Virus record (IMG/VR): IMGVR_UViG_3300032312_001958
Source of the DNA: a virus
Taxonomy: Duplodnaviria; Caudoviricetes
Length of the DNA: 64,000 nucleotides
Reading direction: 5' to 3' (one strand)
The first letter of the stretch is position 1, and each line of letters begins with the position of its first letter. Below are positions 40,132-50,239 of the stretch, piece by piece. The notes under the pieces were generated by a model that worked only from the letters and a program-made list of their open reading frames with translations, ran no database searches and was not told the DNA's origin. The position numbers and the translations under genes are program-made.

Positions 40132-41024
40132 TGAAGTTATTAATACAGCACAATTTTATAACAGGGTTAGGTGATATGTACGTATCGGTTACCCAATATT
40201 TAGAATTTGCAAATGAATATAAAAATAAAGGATATGAAACTGAGCTTGTAGTTTGTTTTAGAGAAAACAAATATATTGATATGATTGATTTTTCAGAAAT
40301 ATTTGATATGGAATATTTTAGTGTTTTTGATAAAATTTCATATGTGAAAAAACCAATTTTAAAAAAGAAATATGAAGAGTTAACTTATGTGTTTACCGCC
40401 AATTTAACAGTCGACCCAAAACCAGGACAGCAAGATTGGGACGTATTTTTATCAGAATCAAACGAAAAATTAATAATACCAAATTCAACAACTTACAGAT
40501 TATTAGTCGATAATAATCAACCAAAAATTAAACCAAAATTTTCTAAAGACATTATTAACAAATCAGATATAATCTCCCGACAAATAGGTGATGATTACAA
40601 TTATTTACAAATTAGAATGAATGATGAAAAAAGACTAACAAAAGATGACTATAAAATGTTAGAGTTATTTCATAATAAAATTATTCAAACTAATGAGGTT
40701 TTTCATATAGGTTCAAATAGTCACGAAGTTTTAAATTTCTTTAACAATAAAAAAAATGTTTTTACATATGGATTTAAATCTAGTTGTGAATTTGATAGTA
40801 ATCACAATTATTTTGGTCACACTAATTTAACAAATGAGGAGTATATACAAAGATTAAAAGACAACATTGTTGAAATGGTTAGTATAAAAAACGCTAAAAA
40901 AATTTATCAATACTCTGAAATTTTTTGGATTTCACAATTTTTGTTTTACTCATTTGTTGAGAACATAGGAAATATAAATTTTTATAGAGTTAATAATCAA
41001 TTTGAAACAATAAGTTATATTTAA
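40128..41024 (+). CDS. Putative fucosyltransferase-like (GT-B) protein
   Basis: TGLGD and QIRMND resemble the GLGn/HvR.gD motifs. Confidence 0.45.
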   Translation: MMKLLIQHNFITGLGDMYVSVTQYLEFANEYKNKGYETELVVCFRENKYIDMIDFSEIFDMEYFSVFDKISYVKKPILKKKYEELTYVFTANLTVDPKPGQQDWDVFLSESNEKLIIPNSTTYRLLVDNNQPKIKPKFSKDIINKSDIISRQIGDDYNYLQIRMNDEKRLTKDDYKMLELFHNKIIQTNEVFHIGSNSHEVLNFFNNKKNVFTYGFKSSCEFDSNHNYFGHTNLTNEEYIQRLKDNIVEMVSIKNAKKIYQYSEIFWISQFLFYSFVENIGNINFYRVNNQFETISYI

Positions 41025-41064
41025 AAATCATCATTATTTAATATATTAATAAAAAACTATAAAC

Positions 41065-41436
41065 ATGGAATACCCAATAAGTGAAATTTTAGATAGATAT
41101 TCTATCGCTATTTTAAAAAAAGAAAGATTAGATATTGATAATCAAAAAGAAATTAATGATTTAAAAGTTGTTATAGAATCTTATAAAGATGAGAATTTTG
41201 AATTTATTGAATCCTATATAACTAAATTAATAGATATAAATGGAAAAATATGGGATTTAGAATCGGATATTAGAAAAGGTAAAGAAGGAGTGTTAGGATT
41301 AGAAGAAGTTGGTAGAAGAGCAATTCTTATTCGAGAAAATAATAAAATAAGAGTTGGATATAAAAACGAAATTGTTGAATATTTTGGAGTTGGTTATTTA
41401 GACATAAAAATGAATCACGTTAGTTCCAATGGATAA
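41065..41436 (+). CDS. DUF6165-like helical protein
   Basis: ISEILDRYSI...IWDLESDIR...N..R...KN.I; paralog of 60552..60935. Confidence 0.55.
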   Translation: MEYPISEILDRYSIAILKKERLDIDNQKEINDLKVVIESYKDENFEFIESYITKLIDINGKIWDLESDIRKGKEGVLGLEEVGRRAILIRENNKIRVGYKNEIVEYFGVGYLDIKMNHVSSNG

Positions 41437-43018
41437 GATAGTTATAACCCTTACAACCGTACCCCAAAGACTTTCTTACAATGTCGATGATGGATTTAAA
41501 TTGGTTTTAAAATCACTTTGTGAACAAAACCATGAAAATTATGAGGTTCATTTAAATTTACCGTATTTTTATAATGTTACAGATGAAGAGTATATTATAC
41601 CTGATTGGTTAAATGAATATAGTCAAAAATACAGTCATTTTAAAATTTTTAGAACTCCCGATTATGGACCCCCAACTAAAGTTGTCCCAACAATAAAGAG
41701 AGAAAGTAAAAATACTTTAATGATTATTGTTGATGATGATTTAATTTATCATCCAGACATGATTAACGAACATTTAAAATATCATGACTTGCTTGACGAC
41801 TCAGTAATTTTATATGACGGTAGAAGTTTAGTTTATCCTAAATTTGGTGATTTAAGAGATGCTTGGGTTTTAACTGTAAATGAAATATTAAGAGTTAAAG
41901 AATTACAACATTATAAATCCGCGTCATATTTTGTCAAATATTTTGAGGATGATTTTTTCAGAGATTTTGTTGGTCATACTAAATCAGATGATGTTTTAAT
42001 GTCTTATTATTTTAGATATAAAGATATACCAATGTATGTTGTTCCTTATGAAGAAGAAGCAAAATTAATATTTGATTACGATAGTTGGCATAAAACTCAA
42101 CGGGTTGAAACTTTTCCAGTAATTAGACCCTCAAATAGTTTAATGGACACTGGATGTAATCACCCTGATATATTAAAAAATGAACCAAAATTTTTTATAC
42201 CTGATAGTTTTAAACATGTGGACCAAAAACCATTTATCAGTAAACATGAAAATATTATAGGTACAAATAATAAAAAAACTATTGAAGTACCGATTCAAAA
42301 TAGAACACTAAATAACAAATTAGAAATCCATAGAGTTAGAGATTTAATTTTAAAAATTAGCGAAGATTTTAATAAGATTGATAAGAAATTTTGGGACACA
42401 ATTCATTTAACAGGTGAAGAACACGATTTCCAAAGAAGTAAGCCCGCTCCTTACATAAAAAAAACTTGTGAGATTGGAAAAATTTTAGGATTAAAAACTG
42501 TGGTTGAAATTGGTGCAACTAGACATGGAATAACTCCTAATTGTGTTAATTATTTTTACAATTCTAATAATCCATTTGTATCACCTACATGTTGTGCGGA
42601 TGGTCACGGAGGAATATTTTTCTCATTAGAAGGATTTGAAACTTACTCAGTTGATATTGATGAAAATTGTGAGACACATATTAGATGGTCATACGAATCT
42701 ATTGGTAGGGAAATCCCAAGTAACCTAAATTTATTCATACCTAAAGACGGGATAGAATTTTTAAATGAATTTGAAGGTAATATTGATATTTTATTTCTTG
42801 ATGGTTGGGATGTTGGTACTCATGAATATGCTGAAAATCATTTAAAGGCATTTGAAGTCTCTAAAGAAAAGTTATCCGATATTCATTTAATTTTAATTGA
42901 TGATACTGATTTTACAATGAGTGAGGGTAAAGATGTTTTATTGTCACCACATTTAATATCATTAGGTTACACTTTATTATTCGATGGTAGACAAAAACTT
43001 TATATAAATAAAATTTGA
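41429..43018 (+). CDS. Glycosyltransferase-methyltransferase fusion
   Basis: N-terminal TLTTVPQR, DYGPPTK, VDDD, SDD; C-terminal VEIGA, LFLDGWD, LIDD. Confidence 0.7.
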   Translation: MDKIVITLTTVPQRLSYNVDDGFKLVLKSLCEQNHENYEVHLNLPYFYNVTDEEYIIPDWLNEYSQKYSHFKIFRTPDYGPPTKVVPTIKRESKNTLMIIVDDDLIYHPDMINEHLKYHDLLDDSVILYDGRSLVYPKFGDLRDAWVLTVNEILRVKELQHYKSASYFVKYFEDDFFRDFVGHTKSDDVLMSYYFRYKDIPMYVVPYEEEAKLIFDYDSWHKTQRVETFPVIRPSNSLMDTGCNHPDILKNEPKFFIPDSFKHVDQKPFISKHENIIGTNNKKTIEVPIQNRTLNNKLEIHRVRDLILKISEDFNKIDKKFWDTIHLTGEEHDFQRSKPAPYIKKTCEIGKILGLKTVVEIGATRHGITPNCVNYFYNSNNPFVSPTCCADGHGGIFFSLEGFETYSVDIDENCETHIRWSYESIGREIPSNLNLFIPKDGIEFLNEFEGNIDILFLDGWDVGTHEYAENHLKAFEVSKEKLSDIHLILIDDTDFTMSEGKDVLLSPHLISLGYTLLFDGRQKLYINKI

Positions 43019-43019
43019 T

Positions 43020-44699
43020 ATGGATAGTAATATTACTTTAGTAACAGGACTTTGGGATTTAAAAAGAGAAGAACTAAGTGAAGGATGGGCTAGGTCTTTC
43101 GAGAACCATTATCTTGAAAAATTTAAACAACTTTTAACAGTAAAAAATAATTTAATTATTTTTGGAGATTCAGAACTTGAAAAGTTTGTGTGGGAATTTA
43201 GGTCACATGAAAATACCCAATTTATTAATCGAGATTTAATTTGGTTTAAAAATGAATTTTACGATAAGATACAGTTAATAAGAAATAACCCAAATTGGTA
43301 TAATCAATCAGGTTGGTTATCTGAATCCACTCAAGCAAAATTGGACATGTATAACCCATTGGTGATGTCTAAAATTTTTTTACTTAATGACGCAAGAATT
43401 TTAGATAAATTTGAATCTGAAAAATTATTTTGGATAGATGCAGGTATAAGTAATACTGTTCACATTGGGTACTTCACACATGATAATGTTTTAGAAAAAT
43501 TAGATAAAAAAATTACAAAATTTTCTTTTGTTTGTTTTCCATATAATGCGGAAAATGAAATTCATGGATTTTCATACCCAATGATAAACAATTGGGCGGA
43601 AGACGATGTTAAATTAGTGGGTAGAGGAGGTTTTTTTGGAGGACCAAAAAAAACAATTGGTGAAATAAATTCAATATATTATGGATTATTATCTGACACT
43701 CTAAACCAAGGGTATATGGGGACTGAAGAATCTATTTTTTCAATCATGGTTTATAAATACCCTAATTTAATAGATTATTTTGAAATTGAAGGTAATGGAT
43801 TATTAAGTACGTTTTTTGAAAACGCTAAAAATGAAACTTTAGAAGTTAAAAATCAAAAAAAGACAAATCAAAAAAATAGTTTTGATATTGATAAAACTTC
43901 ATTATATGTAATTGGATTTAACAGTCCTAATCAATTAGAAACTTTAATTAAATCAATGATTTCTTATGATGAGGATTTTATAAATAAACCAAAAAAATAC
44001 TTGTTAAATAATTCAACAGATAGAAGTACAGATGAAAAATATGTTGAAATTTGTAATCTACACAATTTTGAAATTATTTGGTCTAAAGAAAATCTTGGTA
44101 TATGTGGAGGTAGACAATTTATTGCCGAACATTTTGATAAAAGTGAAAATGATTATATGTTTTTCTTTGAGGATGATATGTTTTTCTACCCTAAAGAGGG
44201 TGAAGTTTGTAGAAATGGATTTAACAGATATGTTAAAAATTTATATCAAAAATCTTTAAACATAATTAAAAATTATAATTTTGATTTTTTAAAATTGAAT
44301 TATAGTGAGTTTTTTGGGGATAACGGAACACAGTGGAGTTGGTATAACGTACCTCAATCTTTTAGAGAACAACATTGGTCTGAAAAATCAAAATTACCTG
44401 AATTTGGTACTGACCCTAATTCTCCTAAAACTAAGTTCACTTCAATAACTTCATATGATGGTGTACCTGTTGCAACAGGTGAAATATTTTATTGTAATTG
44501 GCCTCAAGTAGTGTCAAAAAACGGAAACGTAAAAATGTTTTTAGAAACAACTTGGGCTCATCCTTATGAACAAACATGGATGAGTCATATGTTTCAAGAA
44601 ACAATTAAAGGTAATTTAAATCCTGGTTTGTTATTACTGACACCAACAGAACACAATCGTTTTGAACATTACGACGGAAAACTAAGGAAAGAAAGTTAA
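43020..44699 (+). CDS. HtrL/YibB(WlaTC)-like domain fused to a GT2-like domain
   Basis: TLVTGLWD, WIDAG, GGFFGG; then NLGICGGRQ, FFEDD. Confidence 0.7.
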   Translation: MDSNITLVTGLWDLKREELSEGWARSFENHYLEKFKQLLTVKNNLIIFGDSELEKFVWEFRSHENTQFINRDLIWFKNEFYDKIQLIRNNPNWYNQSGWLSESTQAKLDMYNPLVMSKIFLLNDARILDKFESEKLFWIDAGISNTVHIGYFTHDNVLEKLDKKITKFSFVCFPYNAENEIHGFSYPMINNWAEDDVKLVGRGGFFGGPKKTIGEINSIYYGLLSDTLNQGYMGTEESIFSIMVYKYPNLIDYFEIEGNGLLSTFFENAKNETLEVKNQKKTNQKNSFDIDKTSLYVIGFNSPNQLETLIKSMISYDEDFINKPKKYLLNNSTDRSTDEKYVEICNLHNFEIIWSKENLGICGGRQFIAEHFDKSENDYMFFFEDDMFFYPKEGEVCRNGFNRYVKNLYQKSLNIIKNYNFDFLKLNYSEFFGDNGTQWSWYNVPQSFREQHWSEKSKLPEFGTDPNSPKTKFTSITSYDGVPVATGEIFYCNWPQVVSKNGNVKMFLETTWAHPYEQTWMSHMFQETIKGNLNPGLLLLTPTEHNRFEHYDGKLRKES

Positions 44700-44726
44700 T
44701 CTGTATATTTATTGTAAAAACAATAA

Positions 44727-45095
44727 ATGGAATTTTATATTGGTCAAAATAGTAATTTACCTATTTTAAAGATGCAAGTCATTAAAGACGGTAAACATGA
44801 TATTGATTCAATGTTAGAACTTTTAGAAGAATCTGTTTTATATTTCTCAATGAAGGATATTAAAAATGGAAACTATAAAATATTAAATTCTTCAGCTGGT
44901 TTTGTCGAAAAAATTTTTTTAGAACCAAATTCTGATGTTGAGTATTATCTTTATTATAAATTTTCAAAAAGTGACACCTCTAAATCAGGAAGATTTGAAG
45001 GTGAGTTTTTATTAAAGTCTGAGAATGGAACACTTTTATTGCCAATAAGAGATAAATTATTCATAAACGTTACCGAATCAACAATTATCACTTAA
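44727..45095 (+). CDS. Small virion adaptor-type (BppU-like) protein
   Basis: MEFYI...LP.Lk...Y.F...DT...G.fegEF...LP; late motif upstream. Confidence 0.55.
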   Translation: MEFYIGQNSNLPILKMQVIKDGKHDIDSMLELLEESVLYFSMKDIKNGNYKILNSSAGFVEKIFLEPNSDVEYYLYYKFSKSDTSKSGRFEGEFLLKSENGTLLLPIRDKLFINVTESTIIT

Positions 45096-46648
45096 TGGAA
45101 TTTTTCATAAAAAAAAATGCAACTTTACCATTATTAAAGTTTGAAGTATTTCAAGATGGTAGAAGTGATTTTAATAATTTACAAAATCTGAGTGGGACAT
45201 CATCAAGTTATTTGACTTTAATTGACCCAACAAATTCTGAAATAAAATTTGCTAGTAGACCGTGTTCGATTGTAACCGGACAATCAGAGTACGACGAATC
45301 AAAAATAATTTATTTTGTTCAGTATCAATTTAAAAATACTGAAACAAAAAAATTAGGTAGATATGAAATAGAACTTTCAATGATTGATACAAATGGTACA
45401 GTTATTTTACCATTAAGGGATAAAGTTTTTGTTAATATAATTGATAGTTTTTCAATAGACGGATTTTCATTCCCAAACAATTATGAAGTTGATTATCCGT
45501 GTTGTGAAGGGGCTCAACCTAACCCGACTCCGGCAAATTCACCAACACCATCTATTTCTTCTACACTCACACCAACAAAAACAAAAACACCGACACCAAC
45601 ACCGACACCTAATCAGTCATCTTCGGTAACACCTACACCAACCACTACCCCAACTGTAACACCTACAATTTCAGTAAGTCCAACAATAACTAAAACACCT
45701 ACAAATACACCGACTCAAACTACAACAACTACGACAACAATAACTCCGACTAATACCGTCACACCAACAATAACTCCAACTAATAGTCAGACACCTGCAG
45801 TTAGTCCATCGGTAACACCAACAAAAAGTATTACACCAACAAAAACAAAAACACCAACTGTTACACCAACAAACTCATTAACACCAACTATTACACCAAC
45901 TACTACAATAACACCAACTGTGAGTCCTTCATATATTCCTCCGTCAATTATTGTAAATTCGGTTGATAATGATGGAGTTGTATATTCTTACAATTTTGGA
46001 ACAGGTGTTGTTACTAATGTAACTCCTCCTCAAAATTCATCTATTACTAGTAAAAGTTGGATTGGAAAATACAATAACATTTGGTGGACATTTGACGGAT
46101 ATTCAACTTTATACAGACAAGATGGATTGTCTAATGCTCCTGTAAATAAACCAACTGGTGCACTTACAGACCCAGGTATATGTGTATTAGATTCTAATAA
46201 TGTATTATTTGTAAGAACACCTATGTCAGGTCCTAATAGAAATATAATTTTAGGTCCATATGTAAGTTTATCATTTAGTTATATATTTTGTGGAAGTCTA
46301 CCTGTGAATAGATTTGCCACAGGAGGTATGATAAAAACAACGACAAATAAGTTAATAATAATAACAACTAATTTTTCAAATACATCAGTTTATTTGAATC
46401 AATACCCATACGTAAATAACACTACTTCAGTGTTAACAAGTGAAGTTGAAGTTAATTTAACAAATATTATATCAAACCCTAGAGGAATATTTGTTGCAAG
46501 TAATCAATTTTATATTGTAAATGCGTCAGGAGAAATCTACCAGATTCAAAAAACATCACCGTACACTGTCAGTTATGTTACGTCTATCGGAAGAACGGTT
46601 AAAGGAATTGCTCAAGACTCAACAAATTGGAATGTAAATTTTAGTTAA
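45095..46648 (+). CDS. Virion appendage protein: adaptor domain, mucin-like Thr/Pro stalk, beta-rich head
   Basis: N-terminus paralogous to 44727..45095, about 140 aa of TPT repeats, propeller-like C-terminus. Confidence 0.65.
   Translation: MEFFIKKNATLPLLKFEVFQDGRSDFNNLQNLSGTSSSYLTLIDPTNSEIKFASRPCSIVTGQSEYDESKIIYFVQYQFKNTETKKLGRYEIELSMIDTNGTVILPLRDKVFVNIIDSFSIDGFSFPNNYEVDYPCCEGAQPNPTPANSPTPSISSTLTPTKTKTPTPTPTPNQSSSVTPTPTTTPTVTPTISVSPTITKTPTNTPTQTTTTTTTITPTNTVTPTITPTNSQTPAVSPSVTPTKSITPTKTKTPTVTPTNSLTPTITPTTTITPTVSPSYIPPSIIVNSVDNDGVVYSYNFGTGVVTNVTPPQNSSITSKSWIGKYNNIWWTFDGYSTLYRQDGLSNAPVNKPTGALTDPGICVLDSNNVLFVRTPMSGPNRNIILGPYVSLSFSYIFCGSLPVNRFATGGMIKTTTNKLIIITTNFSNTSVYLNQYPYVNNTTSVLTSEVEVNLTNIISNPRGIFVASNQFYIVNASGEIYQIQKTSPYTVSYVTSIGRTVKGIAQDSTNWNVNFS
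45518..45940 (+). repeat. Low-complexity Thr/Pro/Ser coding repeat (ACACCAAC-type)
   Basis: Repeats of TPTKTK, TPTVTPT and TPTITPT. Confidence 0.9.
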
Positions 46649-46682
46649 TTGTTAAAAACAATGTAATTATATATAAAAGATT

Positions 46683-47006
46683 ATGGAACAATTTTCAACA
46701 ATTCATGTATTTGGTTATGGTGAAACTCAAATTATCGGAAAAACTAATAATGGTAAAGTTCAATCATCATCATTAACAACTTTGACGCCATTTGTAGACC
46801 ACGTAAAAACATTTTTACCTGAAAGTGGTGTTACATTAACTGACTATCACGTTATTCATATTTTTAACGGTATGGATATTAGATATTTAGGTCAAGGTGT
46901 TGAAGACAGAACAGTAGAAACGTCTTTTTTAGTTGGGCTTGACCAAATTGACCAATCATTATTAACCTCATTGGTCGATGAAATCATTTCACTAATACAA
47001 TCGTAA
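46683..47006 (+). CDS. Hypothetical protein
   Basis: 107-aa ORF. Confidence 0.65.
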   Translation: MEQFSTIHVFGYGETQIIGKTNNGKVQSSSLTTLTPFVDHVKTFLPESGVTLTDYHVIHIFNGMDIRYLGQGVEDRTVETSFLVGLDQIDQSLLTSLVDEIISLIQS

Positions 47007-47015
47007 CGATATTGT

Positions 47016-47044
47016 TTGACTTATATTTTTTATTTGATTAAACT
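47016..47044 (+). promoter_or_regulatory. Sigma70-like promoter for DNA polymerase
   Basis: TTGACT-N17-TAAACT. Confidence 0.55.
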
Positions 47045-47105
47045 TACTCAATAAGGTAAACTCCGACCTATGATTCGGAAGCTAATACACCAAAAAGTTT
47101 AATTT

Positions 47106-49901
47106 ATGATATCAAATGAAGAGATTGAGAATTTCCTACAAGGAAATGATGATGAAAAATATATAATCGGTGTTGAATACGATTATGTTAAAGATTGTGT
47201 TTGGAAAATCCTCGAACACCCAATCCACGGAAAACAAATTAAAAAAGATACATTCATCCCATTTGCTTGGGTTGGTGACTTACGTGGACTAAACTTTTAT
47301 CAGTCATCAAAATCATTACAAAAAGAAGCGATGACAAAACATAAAATTGTTATTGAAAAATTACGAACTGACGGTAATGAAAGATTGGAAAAAGGTTTAA
47401 CGTTTATGGTTAAATCATTAAATGGGTACCGTTCATTAATACAGTTTTTTAGAGATGGTGGGGTTGACCCTTGGGGTGAAAAAACTAAAGGATTGATTCT
47501 TATCCTACCTCCTGTTGAACAATTCTTGGTCACAAAGGAGAAAAGACTTTTCAAAGGATTTGATGATTACAACAGTATCACAAGGTTTGTATTTGACTTG
47601 GAGACGACAGCATTAGAACCAAAGGATGGTCGTATTTTTATGATAGGGATGAAAACCAATAAAGGTTTTAGTCAGGTAATTGAGTGTTCAACTGAAGAAC
47701 AAGAAAGAGAAGGTATTATCAAATTTTTTAATACAATAGATGAACTTAAACCAAGTATTATTGCATCTTACAATGGATTTAACTTTGACTGGTTTTGGAT
47801 ATTTGAAAGAGCCAAAGCGTTAAAATTGGACATTAAAAAGGTTGCTAAAACTTTAAATCCAATTAACCCAATCAAACAATCAGAATCAATGTTAAAACTC
47901 GCAAATGAGGTTGAGAGGTTTAATCAGACATCTATGTGGGGGTATAATGTTGTGGATACTTTACACGCAGTTAGAAGAGCTCAAGCGATTAACTCATCTA
48001 TTAAATCTGCGGGTTTGAAGTATATTACCCAGTACATTAAAGCCGAGGCTACTGACCGTGTTTATATTGACCACACAGATATTGGTCCGTTCTATGCTAA
48101 GAAAGAAGAATATTGGTTAAACATACAAAACGGAAAATATAAAAAAGTGGGAGTTGACCCCACAATTGACGAAGCGTGTTCAAAACACTCAAATGTTTAT
48201 ATTAAAACAACAGGTGATGATTTGGTTGAACGATATCTTGACGATGACTTAGAAGAAACTTTAACGGTTGATGAAGAATTCAATCAGGGTTCTTTCCTAC
48301 TTGCGTCTTTGGTTCCAACAACATATGAAAGGGTTTCTACTATGGGAACTGCAACATTATGGGAAATCCAAATGAGAGCTTGGTCATACAAACATATGTT
48401 AGCAATTCCTAAAAAGAATGAAAAGACAGAGTTTGTAGGAGGATTATCTCGACTACTTAAAGTAGGATTCTCTACTGATGTATTGAAACTTGACTTCTCC
48501 TCACTTTACCCATCAATACAACTTGTTCACGATGTATTCCCAACTTGTGATATTACAGGAGCGATGAAAGGCATGTTAAATTACTTCCGTAATACTCGTA
48601 TTAAATATAAAAATTTGGCGAAAGAATATCAGGATATAGATAAAAAACAAGCAACATCTTACGACAGAAAACAATTACCGATTAAGATTTTCATTAACTC
48701 AATGTTTGGGGCATTATCCGCCCCTCAGGTGTACCATTGGGGTGATATGTATATGGGTGAACAGATTACCTGTACAGGACGACAATACCTTCGTCAGATG
48801 TTACGTTTCTTTATGAAACGAGGTTATACCCCACTTGTATGTGATACGGATGGTATGAACTTCTCATTACCTGAAGGTGGTGTGGATGATAGAAGATATA
48901 TCGGCAAAGGTAAGAATTGGTTAGTTAAAGAAGGTAAAGAATACAAAGGTTACGACGCTGATGTTGCGGAGTTTAACGATATGTTTATGAAAGGTGCGAT
49001 GGGACTTGATTGTGATGGAACTTGGAAATCCTGTATGAATATCGCTCGTAAGAACTACGCAACGATGGAACACAATGGTAAAATTAAACTTACGGGTAAT
49101 TCAATCAAGAGTAAGAAACTACCACTTTATATTGAAGACTTTTTGGATAAGGGAATTAAGATGTTGTTAGAAGGTGACGGACAATCATTTGTTGAGTGGT
49201 ATTACGAATACTTGGAAGTTATCTTTAATCAACAAATTCCATTAATGAAGATTGCTCAAAGAGCGAAGGTTAAATTATCAATTGATGATTATAACAAACG
49301 TTCAAAAGAAAAGACCAAAGCAGGTAATGAAATGTCTCGTATGGCTCATATGGAATTAGCAATGAGAGATGGAATTGCAGTTAGTTTAGGGGATGTAATA
49401 TTCTATGTCAATAATGGGGTTAAAGCATCACACGGAGATGTTCAAAAGGTTAATAAACCTAAAAAAGGGTGGTCACAATCTGATTTGGATAATATGATGG
49501 AAGGATATGGTAAAATACCTCTTGAAATGGTTGAATCGTATGTAAAACTTAATTGTTATCGTCTTAACCCATCTGAATTGGAGTCAAATCCTAATATGAC
49601 GGGAGAATATAACGTGGCAAGAGCGGTTGTTACATTCAATAAGAGAATTGAACCATTGTTGATTGTATTTGGTGAAGAAGTTAGAAATAATTTAATTATT
49701 ACTGACCCTAAAGACAGAGGTTTGTTTACCAAAGAACAATGTAAACTAATTAACGGTGTTCCATTTGAACCAAGTGACCAAGATAGTATTGAGGACTTGT
49801 TAACTATTACTGAACAAGAAAAGATATATTGGGAAAAACGAGGAGTTGACCCTGAATACATTTATGAACTTGCTGAAGAAGGGTGGGAAGAAATGGTGTA
49901 A
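47106..49901 (+). CDS. polB: DNA polymerase family B
   Basis: FDLET, YNGFNFD (exonuclease), LDFSSLYPS, KIFINSMFG, CDTDG, KNY. Confidence 0.96.
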   Translation: MISNEEIENFLQGNDDEKYIIGVEYDYVKDCVWKILEHPIHGKQIKKDTFIPFAWVGDLRGLNFYQSSKSLQKEAMTKHKIVIEKLRTDGNERLEKGLTFMVKSLNGYRSLIQFFRDGGVDPWGEKTKGLILILPPVEQFLVTKEKRLFKGFDDYNSITRFVFDLETTALEPKDGRIFMIGMKTNKGFSQVIECSTEEQEREGIIKFFNTIDELKPSIIASYNGFNFDWFWIFERAKALKLDIKKVAKTLNPINPIKQSESMLKLANEVERFNQTSMWGYNVVDTLHAVRRAQAINSSIKSAGLKYITQYIKAEATDRVYIDHTDIGPFYAKKEEYWLNIQNGKYKKVGVDPTIDEACSKHSNVYIKTTGDDLVERYLDDDLEETLTVDEEFNQGSFLLASLVPTTYERVSTMGTATLWEIQMRAWSYKHMLAIPKKNEKTEFVGGLSRLLKVGFSTDVLKLDFSSLYPSIQLVHDVFPTCDITGAMKGMLNYFRNTRIKYKNLAKEYQDIDKKQATSYDRKQLPIKIFINSMFGALSAPQVYHWGDMYMGEQITCTGRQYLRQMLRFFMKRGYTPLVCDTDGMNFSLPEGGVDDRRYIGKGKNWLVKEGKEYKGYDADVAEFNDMFMKGAMGLDCDGTWKSCMNIARKNYATMEHNGKIKLTGNSIKSKKLPLYIEDFLDKGIKMLLEGDGQSFVEWYYEYLEVIFNQQIPLMKIAQRAKVKLSIDDYNKRSKEKTKAGNEMSRMAHMELAMRDGIAVSLGDVIFYVNNGVKASHGDVQKVNKPKKGWSQSDLDNMMEGYGKIPLEMVESYVKLNCYRLNPSELESNPNMTGEYNVARAVVTFNKRIEPLLIVFGEEVRNNLIITDPKDRGLFTKEQCKLINGVPFEPSDQDSIEDLLTITEQEKIYWEKRGVDPEYIYELAEEGWEEMV

Positions 49902-49903
49902 TA

Positions 49904-50236
49904 TTAATCTTTTACACCATCAGATGAAATAATGTACCATGTGTTGAAAACAAAACATAATTCAACACTGGCACCTTTCCCTATAACCATATCGTCGTAT
50001 TCTCTATCGATTTTGTACATATCGGGTACAATTTTGGTTTCAGTTAAAGCTTTAATAATTACGTGGTCACATAGATTAGAATTTAATCTAATTAAAACTT
50101 GGTCGGAATCTGCAGTTATAACTAAAAACTCACCACTAGGTGTGTATTCAGGTTCGTTAGTTATTACTTTTGTTGACACTAATTTTTCAACTCCGTTAAT
50201 TATTCTCTTTTCAGGTTGTGTTTTTAAAGTTCCCAT
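49904..50236 (-). CDS. Hypothetical structural protein
   Basis: Co-oriented directly after the neck gene. Confidence 0.6.
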   Translation of the reverse strand: MGTLKTQPEKRIINGVEKLVSTKVITNEPEYTPSGEFLVITADSDQVLIRLNSNLCDHVIIKALTETKIVPDMYKIDREYDDMVIGKGASVELCFVFNTWYIISSDGVKD

Positions 50237-50239
50237 AAA

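Noticed and set aside
45518-45940. Repeats as a CRISPR array or non-coding repeat
   Set aside because: They are degenerate in-frame codon repeats with no constant repeat/unique spacer structure.
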